Under the pieces are notes generated by a model. The model saw nothing but the letters and a program-made list of their open reading frames with translations, was not told the origin of the DNA and ran no database searches. From a virus (lineage: Duplodnaviria > Caudoviricetes): a stretch of DNA of 64,000 nucleotides. Where the stretch lies: the IMG/VR virus record IMGVR_UViG_2889049205_000001, positions 1 through 64,000 of that record; one strand, 5' to 3'. Position numbers and translations under genes: made by a program. Every line of letters starts with the position of its first letter. Position 1 is the first letter of the stretch. This document shows, piece after piece, positions 48,186-58,100 of this stretch.

Positions 48186-51100
48186 TTACATGTGCTGCTC
48201 AACTTTATCCCGGTACCAGAGCCTCGAAAGGTTATTGGTGTTATCGGAATAGTTTACGGTCATGTTGGACTGACCTTGATATCCGCTCCGGCGCATCCCT
48301 TCTTGAACTAGGGATGACAGCCCTTGTTGCTGGTTTCCTTGCCCTCTAGCGCTAATCGAGACGTGCGCTCCGGAGCTGGGACCGCCGATCGGCGGTAAAG
48401 GTGATTGCGGCACTGGCGCTGCCTGTGGCGGCGGAGGCGGTGGAACCGGCCCAGTGTCATTACTAAGAATATTGTAACCCATTACACCACCTAAAGCTAG
48501 ACCGCCAAGCAAGGCAATTTTCTTGTTTCTTGAACCATTCGGTCCATTGAAGATGTTCTCTGGGATCCAACCGCCGGTCAGGTCGTGCATCATCTCCGGA
48601 ATAGCGCCAGCACGCTTCCCTCGAGCTTCGGATCCCATTACATTCGTTGGGTCCAGTTCGGGTTCGACATTTGGGATAGTCGGATCAATATCAGGCTCCG
48701 GAGCGGCGCCTACACCTCTTTTCATCCTGCCGAACATCCGTGTGAACTCATTAGAGGAAACCCGGTCGCCCTCTTCAAGATTACCGAAAATGGTGTCATG
48801 CACTCTTCGAAGACCTTCATTCTCCACATTAATTCCGGAGCTAGTACCAACACGGAAGCCGGAGTTGGCCAGATTGCCATTCAGGTTACGTGGCTTATCC
48901 AGTAGTCCTATCGCTTCATCGAGCCCGTGTTCTCTGGACCACATGCCGCCATAGCTCTCTTGATCGATCCGGCGCACCTTATTCCAGTCTGAAGCCAGGA
49001 AAGCGGATCGGAACTCGGACACCGGAGACTTCATATCTTCCGTGATCACTACACCGTCCTTTGCGGCGTCGATACCCTTCTGCTCCAAGGTGCTCCCGAA
49101 TTTCGAAAGGAACTTGTACTCATTCGATCCTGTTCCATACGTATGCTCAGCAAAATCTTGGATGGCCGAGTTTAAGTTTGAGATCGTACCGATCTGCGTC
49201 TTACCGATTTTGTTAGCCATTTCATTCGGCAAGTTCGGCTCCATCGGACGGATGACGGTTGTGTCCTGACCACTATACGATTTCACCGCTTCCCGCAGGT
49301 CATAATTCCGGCCGGATGTAGAGAGCTTCTTATTCCCCTCTTGCGTCAAGTAATCTCCCCAGCTGCTGTATCCGCCCATAAACTCGGCAGCCCGCTTATC
49401 TTTCAGAGCAGCCCATTCTTTCTGCACGTTGTCTTCGTCCACGTAAACCATGTGTAACTGGTCTCCGTCGGCATCCCCTTCGAGCTGGTCGCCCGTAAAG
49501 GCTGTCGTCAGCACGTTACCTGTCTTCAGCTTAGGATCGATAGCGATCCGTGTGAACTGGACGGCCGATTCGTGTTTGGATGGGTAACGGATCGTGAGCA
49601 CGTTCTTGTTCTGCTGCCGGTTCCAATCGGAGAGAATATCACTCTCTGCCGCTGTGCCAACATGCTGCTGGCCGATGATGTGCTCGTAGATGCCCATGTC
49701 CTTAGCCTGCTGCGTGGAGATGAACGTCATTTCTTCGCCGAGCATCGCCGAAGCTTCCGGACCCAGGAGCTTTAATGTGCCTGTACCCGATGACGGCATT
49801 TGCGCCTTCAGAGCTCTCTCTCCGGCCATCCCTTTAGAAGTCAGCGTGTCGGTGCCGAGTTGATTCACGTAGCTGTTGACGTTCCGCTGGATGTCTCGCA
49901 TATGCTTCAAGGCGCTGTCACGGCCGGTCTTGGATTTCGCTTCGCCATATTTCTTTATGCTGTCATTAATATTGGCGATCTGCCGCTGCAGCTTATTCAG
50001 GTGGACCAGGTCGCTCTGCCCGTCTCCCTGTAACTGCATGAACGGCACGAAAATCTTGTTGGTTTTGACTGCCGGGCTGTTCTTTCCGTTGATGTTGATA
50101 TCGACTTCTTCCGGAAGCCCCAGCCAGAATCCGTGTCCCAAATCCCGTTGATCTATACCAAGATTGTGGGCAACTGCCTGACGATCCATGATCGTATGTT
50201 TGACCGTGTTCTGGTCGAGCTCCACTTCTGGCATAAATGCGAACTCATGACCTTGAAGAATGCGGTCCTTATAGGGCTGCATTTCCGGAGCATCCGGATC
50301 TACTAGCGCTTTGATGGTGTGCGCCAAATTCTTAACGTCGCTCTGCTCAAAACGATTCTGCTTCTCCATTACGTTCCAGATATGCTCATAAGTCTGTGTG
50401 GCTCCCGATCTGCGAAGGTACCGCATCTCACGATGACCAATCGAAGTGCCATCTAAACCGTTTGCGTAAACTTTTGAGCCATCATTTGCGTTGCCGATTA
50501 CCGACCGTCCTGTTCCATCAACCGACTTGTAATACTGCCGATTGTGCATCATGCGGGTTTCCAGAATACCCGTGAATAATCCGGTGTTGGTTTGTAGCTT
50601 AGCGCCGACTTGATTGGCAATCTTGTGGAAGTCCTCAATATCAATCGGCGCCTGTCTGCTCACATCCATGAATGAACCGTTCTTGAACTCCAAGCCAATG
50701 CGGCCGAAGTCTATTTGCTCCAGCAGCTGATCCCGCTTCTTCCGATCCTGGTTCATGACATGATCGATAATCGTCTTGGCGTAGCCTTCCATCATCATCC
50801 CAAAGTCAGCACGCTTAGCTGGGTTCGGACTGATCATAGCACTGATCCCTTTGTCGCCCGTGATAGCTTCGATGAACCGAAGGCTTGGTGTAATAGCATC
50901 TGTCCCCTTCTCACCGGCAAATGAGAGCTTGAATGGTTTCTCCGACCACTCTACGCCAAATACCTGCGATCCGGTCCCCACAAGTTTGCCTGCATATCGG
51001 TTGTCGTGGCGAACATCTTCCCAAGCGCCATCGACCCATTTGCGCCCAATTACATCACCCGGCCTAACAGCCGCACCTTCGAGCCCCTGGCCACCGACAA

Positions 51101-54100
51101 CAAAATCGCTCCCCCTCGCTGCGGCACCATTGCTAGCGAAGTCTTTGTGCCACTGAAATGTTCCGTTTCCCTTATCATAGAAGTCCTGGTCCGTAACTGA
51201 CATTGAATCCATGAGTTCCTTAGCGATGACTGCTTGCTGCTCATAAACAGTCGGTATCCGGCGTGGATCGACCACTTCCTTGCCGCCTCGGTTTACGAGG
51301 ATGCCTTCTGACCGAAGCAGCCCACGGCCCTGTTCTGTATTCTGTAGATCCGTCACCCGTTTGTGAAGCTCCTCGTTAGTGATGTAGGCTACCTTGAGGT
51401 TTACTCCGGTCCGGGTCGGTCTTCCTTTTCCCTCTTGTTCTGATCGGTAGGCGGCGTTTATCTCTGTCTCGACCATTGGATTGAAGTTGGCGTAAGCGTC
51501 AATCTTCGAGAGACGGCCAGCCACCTCATCAGAGATCATGTACATATTTTGGGACTGAATAGCATTCGGCCGCCCCATGTTAGTGTAATGTCCGTACAGC
51601 GTCATGTCCCGCATGTCCATGGTGGACATTGAGCCCTGTTGAACTCGTCCGTCTTTTACTGACGATACGTACAGGTTGGGGGTGCCCCCATCCCAGCGAA
51701 CTCGGTTGTTCCAATCGCTCATGCCCATTCGTATCTGAAATTGCTTGCTCATGTTTACGTCATCGATCGTCAGGAGCTGCTTCACCTTGCGACTGCGATC
51801 CTTCGAGTCGTAATAGAAAGCAGAATCGTTCAGGTCCCCTTCGGACAACTCTTTGGATTCCAGCATGCTGTGCAACATGGCCGGCATGACGTTGATGTGC
51901 GATTGCTTCATGAAGTCGGATTTGTTGCCTGACCAATCGTAGGTGTCGTTGAAATTATAGATATCTCGCTGCCCGCCAGCCAGGTTTGAGATTGAATCTC
52001 GTAATGTCCGATTGCTCCGGTAGGACGCCTTTTCGTAATCATCTTCGTCCAGCGCTGACAAGATGCCGTCCATACCATGGGCGTATCGCATGCCAATGAT
52101 TTCGGCTGTGGACTTACGAACAGCAGAACCTTTGCCGTCCTGCTCCTTTTCCCATACCGCCACCGTGTGAGCGATCATCCGCTGCTTATTGAGCACCTGC
52201 ATACCATCCTGGTTGATCAGTGGGATCAAAATCTCAACAGCCCTCGGGTGTGTCTTTCCTTCGAGCAGCGCTTCTCGGACGCTTGTGCTGTATTGCGGCT
52301 TGTATACTGTGATCTTCGCCATAGGCGAGTTAATATCTTGATTTACGCTGAGGTCGTACATGATGTTGCGGCCGGAGTTATTCAGTGACTGCAGTACGCT
52401 CTCGACGGCGCCTCGGTTGTTTGCCTTTAGCCCCGACAGGTGATTTGTTTCCAAGGACTCGAAGAACATTTCGGCGTCCGCATGCAGATTAACTTTGCCA
52501 CCCATCGTAAAGGCCTGGCCTTGATAGCTCAGGGTTTTGCGAATCGCCTCTCCTACGATGCTTTGGTTTCTTGCCCCGGTGATTCTCGACATATCACGAG
52601 CTTCAAGCGATGTTGTTTCCGGCGACTCCAGCGGAATGTTCTTGCTGTGCAGGTCCATAGCGATGCGAACCACGGTATCATTGATTTGGCCATTGCTTTG
52701 TGCAATAATGCCGTACCGCTTCTGAAGCTCGGAACCAATTAGGCCATTTTCATGCAGTCCATTTATGAACTGTGTCATCCGGTGCTGCTGTGTCAGCGGG
52801 TTATTGGAATCGTCCTGCTGAATATATCTGCGGATCGCACGTTCTGTTTGCTGCACGGACTGCATGCTGAAGAATCGCTCATCCCCATCTACATTTAAAC
52901 GGAATCCTCGATTCTCCCATGATGCCATCTCACGAGCGCCTACGTGCCGGCCTGCAGCATCATCTCGGCTTACCCCTTGTGTGTACAGGCGCCATGCAAT
53001 ATCTCGCTGCTGCCGAGCAGCTGCTCGCTCTGATGACGTCATGCTGTCCAGGATCGGAATCTGTTGTTCAATAGTGCGGATCGCCTCCTGGAACACAGGC
53101 CGCTCGCTGCGCAGACGAGGCGCCATCCGGTAGAACAGCTTCTCTTCGTCAATATTGTGGCCCCACTGCAGCTGGCCGTTAGCAAAGCCCACCGGCTTAC
53201 TGTTGAAGTCGAGCATGCTGCGATAACTATCGTTGCTGCGGTACGGCTCGACCTCTGCTCGGATCTGAGCCTCATACTTAGAGTAGAGGCTATTCAATAC
53301 GTTAGGATCTGTAGATCCCATAGAGCTGTATTCGGCGAGCGCAAGCGCTTGTGCTTTGGCTGCGATATTCTTCTGCTTGGCGCCCAGACGCTTTTCGTAA
53401 TGCTCCGTGTTCTCGTACATCCGCTTGGCAGCATCGAATCCAGCAGTACGACTCTCGCCGCCGGCACCTGATAAACTGGACATCCGTTCGTATCTGCGGC
53501 GAGCAAGGTCGGTTTCTCGGATCCGTCGGATTTCTGCCTGCTCGTCCTTGCTCATGCCGTTTACGTTATGGAAGCGGCTTTGCACGAACTGGGCAATCTG
53601 ATGCATGGAGTTCGGGCCCTGCCGGGTCACGTAACTGTATCGGTCATTATCGGAATCGAAGAGTTCCAGCACATGGCCATTTATTACGCCCTTATCATCT
53701 GTCAGCTCACGGACGCCATTGACGGTGTACAAAGTGCGAGCATTGATGACCGTGCGATTCCAGGAGACATCGTGCATCGCCATCTTGCCATCTTCAAGCC
53801 TGGCTTGAAAATCGAGATTGTCATCTCCGTAGGCTGCGTAACCGTTTGAGGCGAACAGCTTATCGCCTTTCTTGAGCACTTCTTTCTTGTTCCAAGTGAA
53901 TTCGGATGGCCGGATATTCATGCCTTCCATGGCACCACGGTTTTTGGCCGCATTGATTTTGTTATGAACCTTTGGCAGCGTTTTGTTGATTACTCCACCG
54001 AGACCCCGCTCATCAACGTCGGCGATCGCCGCATGCGCATCATCGCCGTCAATCCCCAGTGTTCGTCTAACCTCATGCATGGACAGGTAGCCCTGCTGGA

Positions 54101-55109
54101 AATATCGCCCCTTCATAACACCTTTGCCGCCGAACTCTTGATGGAAGTCAACCGGGTTGGCGTAAGCTGTCTGCAGTACCCGGAAATAGTCCACATGATT
54201 TTGAGGGCGGGCAATGGTCTGGCCAGTCTTCTTGCCGAACCGGTCCAGTGTCTCCAAGTCGAAGTTCTCCCCGTTGTAGGAGAAGAATGTCTGATCGGCG
54301 TGGCCTTGAACGAAGGTACGGTATTTACGCATCTGGTTGGCGACGGAATGCTTGTCACTCAGGCCGACAAGGTTGTTATAGCCGGACTGGATATGATCCC
54401 GATACATGTCGAAATTGAGAATGAATTTCTGATAACTGTACCGACCATTCATATCCTCAAGGCTCTTGATGATCGTATTATGCGAAAGCGTAGACTCGTT
54501 TAGGTTCGCTGCCTGCAGACCGGCTCCCGAGAGTGTCGAGTAGCGCATAAGGTTAACGATGGATCGGCGCTCAGCGTCGCTCATGTTGTTGAAAGCGAAT
54601 TTGTCCATTTTGATCCGGCGGATCAGAGAATCCAGATAGAGCTGGCTTTCTTTGTCCGGCTTGACTAGGAGGCTCAATTGCCGCCGGTTGTCGGCTTTGA
54701 AAAGTCCATCTTTGGTCTTTTGGAAACCCTGAATCGCAATCTCTGGAACGTGCAGGCCTTTTCCTGATGCTTCATCCCCGAGAGACTCGATATCGAAGGC
54801 GTAAAATACGTTGCTCTGCCCGCTCATGAACTTCTGGAATGCCTCAACCTGCTTTTGTCCCAGCTGCTGATGTGGGCTGCTGAAGTTCTTCAAAATAACA
54901 CTACCGCTCGACTTGATCGTTTTCTGATCCAAGATCGGAGTGTCGTTGATGGCACTTAGTACCCGACTGACCCGATCCTCTCGAGTCGGGTCGTTATCGT
55001 ATGATGCCTTTCGGGTTGCATGGAATGACGATAGCAGCGACCATTGCTGTGAAGCAGGGGTGGCCATCGGAATCCCTGTATTGTCAAAACCGTTTATTTT
55101 GTCATTCAT
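48186..55109 (-). CDS. Single-polypeptide two-barrel (beta/beta'-like) DNA-dependent RNA polymerase fused to an N-terminal DEDDh exonuclease, with a C-terminal hydrophobic segment (2307 aa); putative virion RNAP
   Basis: Colinear beta motifs (GRPNAIQSQ, GVNLKVAY, KLSFAGEKG, ISPNPAKRADFG, GHREMRYL) followed by beta' motifs (SKGMAGERAL, VLTIRYPSKH, EGDADGDQL). Exonuclease motifs FDIES, YNGENFD and HAAIAD. Confidence 0.85.
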   Translation of the reverse strand: MNDKINGFDNTGIPMATPASQQWSLLSSFHATRKASYDNDPTREDRVSRVLSAINDTPILDQKTIKSSGSVILKNFSSPHQQLGQKQVEAFQKFMSGQSNVFYAFDIESLGDEASGKGLHVPEIAIQGFQKTKDGLFKADNRRQLSLLVKPDKESQLYLDSLIRRIKMDKFAFNNMSDAERRSIVNLMRYSTLSGAGLQAANLNESTLSHNTIIKSLEDMNGRYSYQKFILNFDMYRDHIQSGYNNLVGLSDKHSVANQMRKYRTFVQGHADQTFFSYNGENFDLETLDRFGKKTGQTIARPQNHVDYFRVLQTAYANPVDFHQEFGGKGVMKGRYFQQGYLSMHEVRRTLGIDGDDAHAAIADVDERGLGGVINKTLPKVHNKINAAKNRGAMEGMNIRPSEFTWNKKEVLKKGDKLFASNGYAAYGDDNLDFQARLEDGKMAMHDVSWNRTVINARTLYTVNGVRELTDDKGVINGHVLELFDSDNDRYSYVTRQGPNSMHQIAQFVQSRFHNVNGMSKDEQAEIRRIRETDLARRRYERMSSLSGAGGESRTAGFDAAKRMYENTEHYEKRLGAKQKNIAAKAQALALAEYSSMGSTDPNVLNSLYSKYEAQIRAEVEPYRSNDSYRSMLDFNSKPVGFANGQLQWGHNIDEEKLFYRMAPRLRSERPVFQEAIRTIEQQIPILDSMTSSERAAARQQRDIAWRLYTQGVSRDDAAGRHVGAREMASWENRGFRLNVDGDERFFSMQSVQQTERAIRRYIQQDDSNNPLTQQHRMTQFINGLHENGLIGSELQKRYGIIAQSNGQINDTVVRIAMDLHSKNIPLESPETTSLEARDMSRITGARNQSIVGEAIRKTLSYQGQAFTMGGKVNLHADAEMFFESLETNHLSGLKANNRGAVESVLQSLNNSGRNIMYDLSVNQDINSPMAKITVYKPQYSTSVREALLEGKTHPRAVEILIPLINQDGMQVLNKQRMIAHTVAVWEKEQDGKGSAVRKSTAEIIGMRYAHGMDGILSALDEDDYEKASYRSNRTLRDSISNLAGGQRDIYNFNDTYDWSGNKSDFMKQSHINVMPAMLHSMLESKELSEGDLNDSAFYYDSKDRSRKVKQLLTIDDVNMSKQFQIRMGMSDWNNRVRWDGGTPNLYVSSVKDGRVQQGSMSTMDMRDMTLYGHYTNMGRPNAIQSQNMYMISDEVAGRLSKIDAYANFNPMVETEINAAYRSEQEGKGRPTRTGVNLKVAYITNEELHKRVTDLQNTEQGRGLLRSEGILVNRGGKEVVDPRRIPTVYEQQAVIAKELMDSMSVTDQDFYDKGNGTFQWHKDFASNGAAARGSDFVVGGQGLEGAAVRPGDVIGRKWVDGAWEDVRHDNRYAGKLVGTGSQVFGVEWSEKPFKLSFAGEKGTDAITPSLRFIEAITGDKGISAMISPNPAKRADFGMMMEGYAKTIIDHVMNQDRKKRDQLLEQIDFGRIGLEFKNGSFMDVSRQAPIDIEDFHKIANQVGAKLQTNTGLFTGILETRMMHNRQYYKSVDGTGRSVIGNANDGSKVYANGLDGTSIGHREMRYLRRSGATQTYEHIWNVMEKQNRFEQSDVKNLAHTIKALVDPDAPEMQPYKDRILQGHEFAFMPEVELDQNTVKHTIMDRQAVAHNLGIDQRDLGHGFWLGLPEEVDININGKNSPAVKTNKIFVPFMQLQGDGQSDLVHLNKLQRQIANINDSIKKYGEAKSKTGRDSALKHMRDIQRNVNSYVNQLGTDTLTSKGMAGERALKAQMPSSGTGTLKLLGPEASAMLGEEMTFISTQQAKDMGIYEHIIGQQHVGTAAESDILSDWNRQQNKNVLTIRYPSKHESAVQFTRIAIDPKLKTGNVLTTAFTGDQLEGDADGDQLHMVYVDEDNVQKEWAALKDKRAAEFMGGYSSWGDYLTQEGNKKLSTSGRNYDLREAVKSYSGQDTTVIRPMEPNLPNEMANKIGKTQIGTISNLNSAIQDFAEHTYGTGSNEYKFLSKFGSTLEQKGIDAAKDGVVITEDMKSPVSEFRSAFLASDWNKVRRIDQESYGGMWSREHGLDEAIGLLDKPRNLNGNLANSGFRVGTSSGINVENEGLRRVHDTIFGNLEEGDRVSSNEFTRMFGRMKRGVGAAPEPDIDPTIPNVEPELDPTNVMGSEARGKRAGAIPEMMHDLTGGWIPENIFNGPNGSRNKKIALLGGLALGGVMGYNILSNDTGPVPPPPPPQAAPVPQSPLPPIGGPSSGAHVSISARGQGNQQQGLSSLVQEGMRRSGYQGQSNMTVNYSDNTNNLSRLWYRDKVEQHM

Positions 55110-55120
55110 ATCCCCACATC

Positions 55121-58100
55121 CTAAACAATGGAATCCATATTGTACTTCAGGTACGAGTCGATCTCACGGCTCCGGTCTTCTTGATAGTCCATATTGATTC
55201 GGGATCCACCGTCACTGGCCGGAGTCACGGTCACTTGCACGTCCCATAGACCCTGACCATTCAGAACTTCTCGGATGTTGCGCTGCATGTCCCTGTATCC
55301 TCTAAAGTTGCTTTTGCCCGGACCGTTTCCACCTTCGTACATGTCCGGCAGCATGGCAGCCGACTGGACATCATCATCCCAGAAGTTGTAGTCGCTCAAA
55401 TCGATGCCTGCATCTTGAACAGCTTTTACCTGGTAATCTTCCAGGTTTACGTCCGGCTGCCAGCCGACCCAATTCTCATCAGGCAAGAACTTATCCTTGA
55501 AGTATTCTTCCAGTGGAACTTGATCCTCCAGCTCGTAACCCCAAAGGGCTTTGAGGACCCGTCCTTCGTTGTCCGGAACCAGATCCAAAATCCGCTGCTG
55601 ATCTTGAAGTCTGGCTTCTGCGAACTCATTGAAGAACCATTTATCCTTATATGGCATGGACCGCATGACCTTCATCCGGTCTTCGTAAGGATCGACGGCG
55701 TAGAGAGTCGTTTCAGCCTGTTCCTTATAGTTCAGTGCTTGAAGCACGGCATTAGGCAGGTACATCTCGTCCCTATCTTCCGTGATTAAGTTGAGCTGTG
55801 CATTGATCTCAGCTTTTCGATCTTCCCATCCTGCAGGTTGGTTCAAGTAAAGGTTTCGTTTCTCGTCCTGCAGCTCTTGCCGCTTGGCCTTGTTCATTTC
55901 TTTTTTCATGTCCCGGTCGTTAGCGATCGCCTCAACATCAATTCCCTGCTGATGCAGCTCCTCCTTCGCCCTTTCGTACAGGCCGGAGAATTTCATATAT
56001 TTCAGAACATCGAAATACTCGTTGATGTCTTGCTCTTTACGGCGTCGTTCTGGAATCCAGGTTTCACCGGTCTGTGCCTCATGAGCTGATCGCCAAATAC
56101 TGCCGGCAGCGAAAGCGGCCGATGTGGCTCCCATGATCTTGAGATGCCGGAACCCGCTTTTTCCTCGTCCAAACATAAAAATGGCTGGAAGAGCTGAAAA
56201 CATGAGTCCCGCTCCAGCGGCGAACAACACATTACCACGGATACCGGATTGATAGGCTGGGACAACGTAGTCATCAACCATGAAGTTGTCCCACGTCGCC
56301 CAGTCCTTTCCATAGATGTGATCCCGCTCGTATTCTTCCAAAGCTGTTCGGACCGGGAGGAACTTGGAGTTGAGAAAGGTATCGGCGTGCGCCATGGTTT
56401 CCCACCGGCGTCCTTGCGCAATCTCGCCTTTTGTGAATCGGGCATGGACGCCTGCAGCCGTGAAATCCGTCTCATTCTCTCTCATCTGCCCGTTTCGAAT
56501 AATCGTTTGGTTAACATTTTCAAGCCCTTTGAAGACGACAGCTCGCATCGTATTATATGAATCGTCGGAGCTGCGTCTGGATGGATCAGCGCTGATCCCG
56601 ATCGTCACCTTGTCGCCAACCTTAAAGTAAGATTGGAGAACACCCTCAGCTTTGGCTTGATATTTCATGCCGGCAAGTCGAATCGGCGTATCCGGCATCT
56701 CCTCGGTAAGGAAGGTGTAATCATCAAGGAACTTAGACACCGTGACCTTTTGCTTCTCAATATCGTTGTCCTTGAACCGGTAATCCGTAAATTCATATTT
56801 CGCTTTTCGCTTGGATACCTGGTCCTTTATGATTGCAGCTTGTCGGCGCAGCTCTGTGTCCTTGTTGTTGTCCTCGACATAATCCTTCCAGTAGCGATAC
56901 TCGTCGCTCCACGGCGCCACGTCAGCCAGGATCTTGAACTTATCGAAAGCGCCATAGTTCCCTGTCTCATCCGGATGAAGTTGGTTTACTCGCTCATAGG
57001 CTTCGCCTGGGAGTCTGTACTCACCATGTGCAATCTTCTGGTACGGATCACCCGTCTGGAAGTTGATGAAATACCCGCCACCGGGCATCCAGTCTGGCAT
57101 CGTATTTCGGATCGGATTAAACGTATCGAGCTGGCCACTGTCTCTTCTGATAAAACGACGCATAATCTCGGATACATCGCCGCCAGCGCCGCCCAGGTTT
57201 GATTCCCAAAACGCATTGGAAATGTTGGTGGCCGCATCGGCTTTTTGAATGATCATCTTATTCTTGTAAGGATCTCCGCCAATCAGCTCTTCAGCTGCGT
57301 ATTTATAAATACCGAGCGGCTCTGTCCAGTTTTCAAAGGCTTCTTGACTCTGCCATTCGAGGCTCGTCGGGTCTTGCAGGTTCCGCAGTTTACGGTTGAC
57401 GACTTCCTGGCGATATACAAAATCTTGATCAAACATAGCCCGTGGCTTGGTGTCTACCGTTGGAACGGGCTCCGCAGCCATGGCGAACATTTTGTTGATT
57501 GGCATGTTTTGTTTGGCCACATTCGAAGGCACGTAGATGGTGCTACTCGTCGCCGCATCTTGCATGACATAGGCGCCGGTAGCCGATCCGTTATTATCCA
57601 GCTCATTGCTGATGAAGTACCTTGTCGGGTAGCTGCCGGCTTTAGATTCAGCGAGGCGGGCCTTGCCATCCTCAATGTTTGCCATGGCCTGACTGCTCAC
57701 AGTCTGCTGCGGCCGACTGCTGTCGAAATAGGCACCGTATTGGTCCGGGGTCGCTTGAACGACATGCTCCATTCGACCACCCGGCGACACCTTGGTTAAG
57801 ATCGGATCTGCCGGCCGTTCGGCCAATTGATCAGCCTGCTCCTGCACCAACACTGGATCACTCCAGTATTCAGTGTGCATCTGTCTAACTGGCTTCACGA
57901 CTTGGCCAAGCGCAGCGTTTCCGAGATCCCCAAAGACCATTGTGTTTGGGTTGAATAGCGATCCGGTAAGCATGTACGGCCGATCGTAATAGTGCTTGTT
58001 TTCCCACCAATATTTGTCCTCTTCGGAGTTGAACAAGTTGCGGGCAACGCCCAGCGGGTTCTCTAGTGTCGGGAACGCCGAGTGCTCCCAGCGCTCTTGC

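Noticed and set aside
48186-55109. Host rpoB/rpoC or DNA polymerase III epsilon gene
   Set aside because: The motifs are far too diverged (EGDADGD rather than NADFDGD), fused in one chain, and embedded in a phage tail operon.
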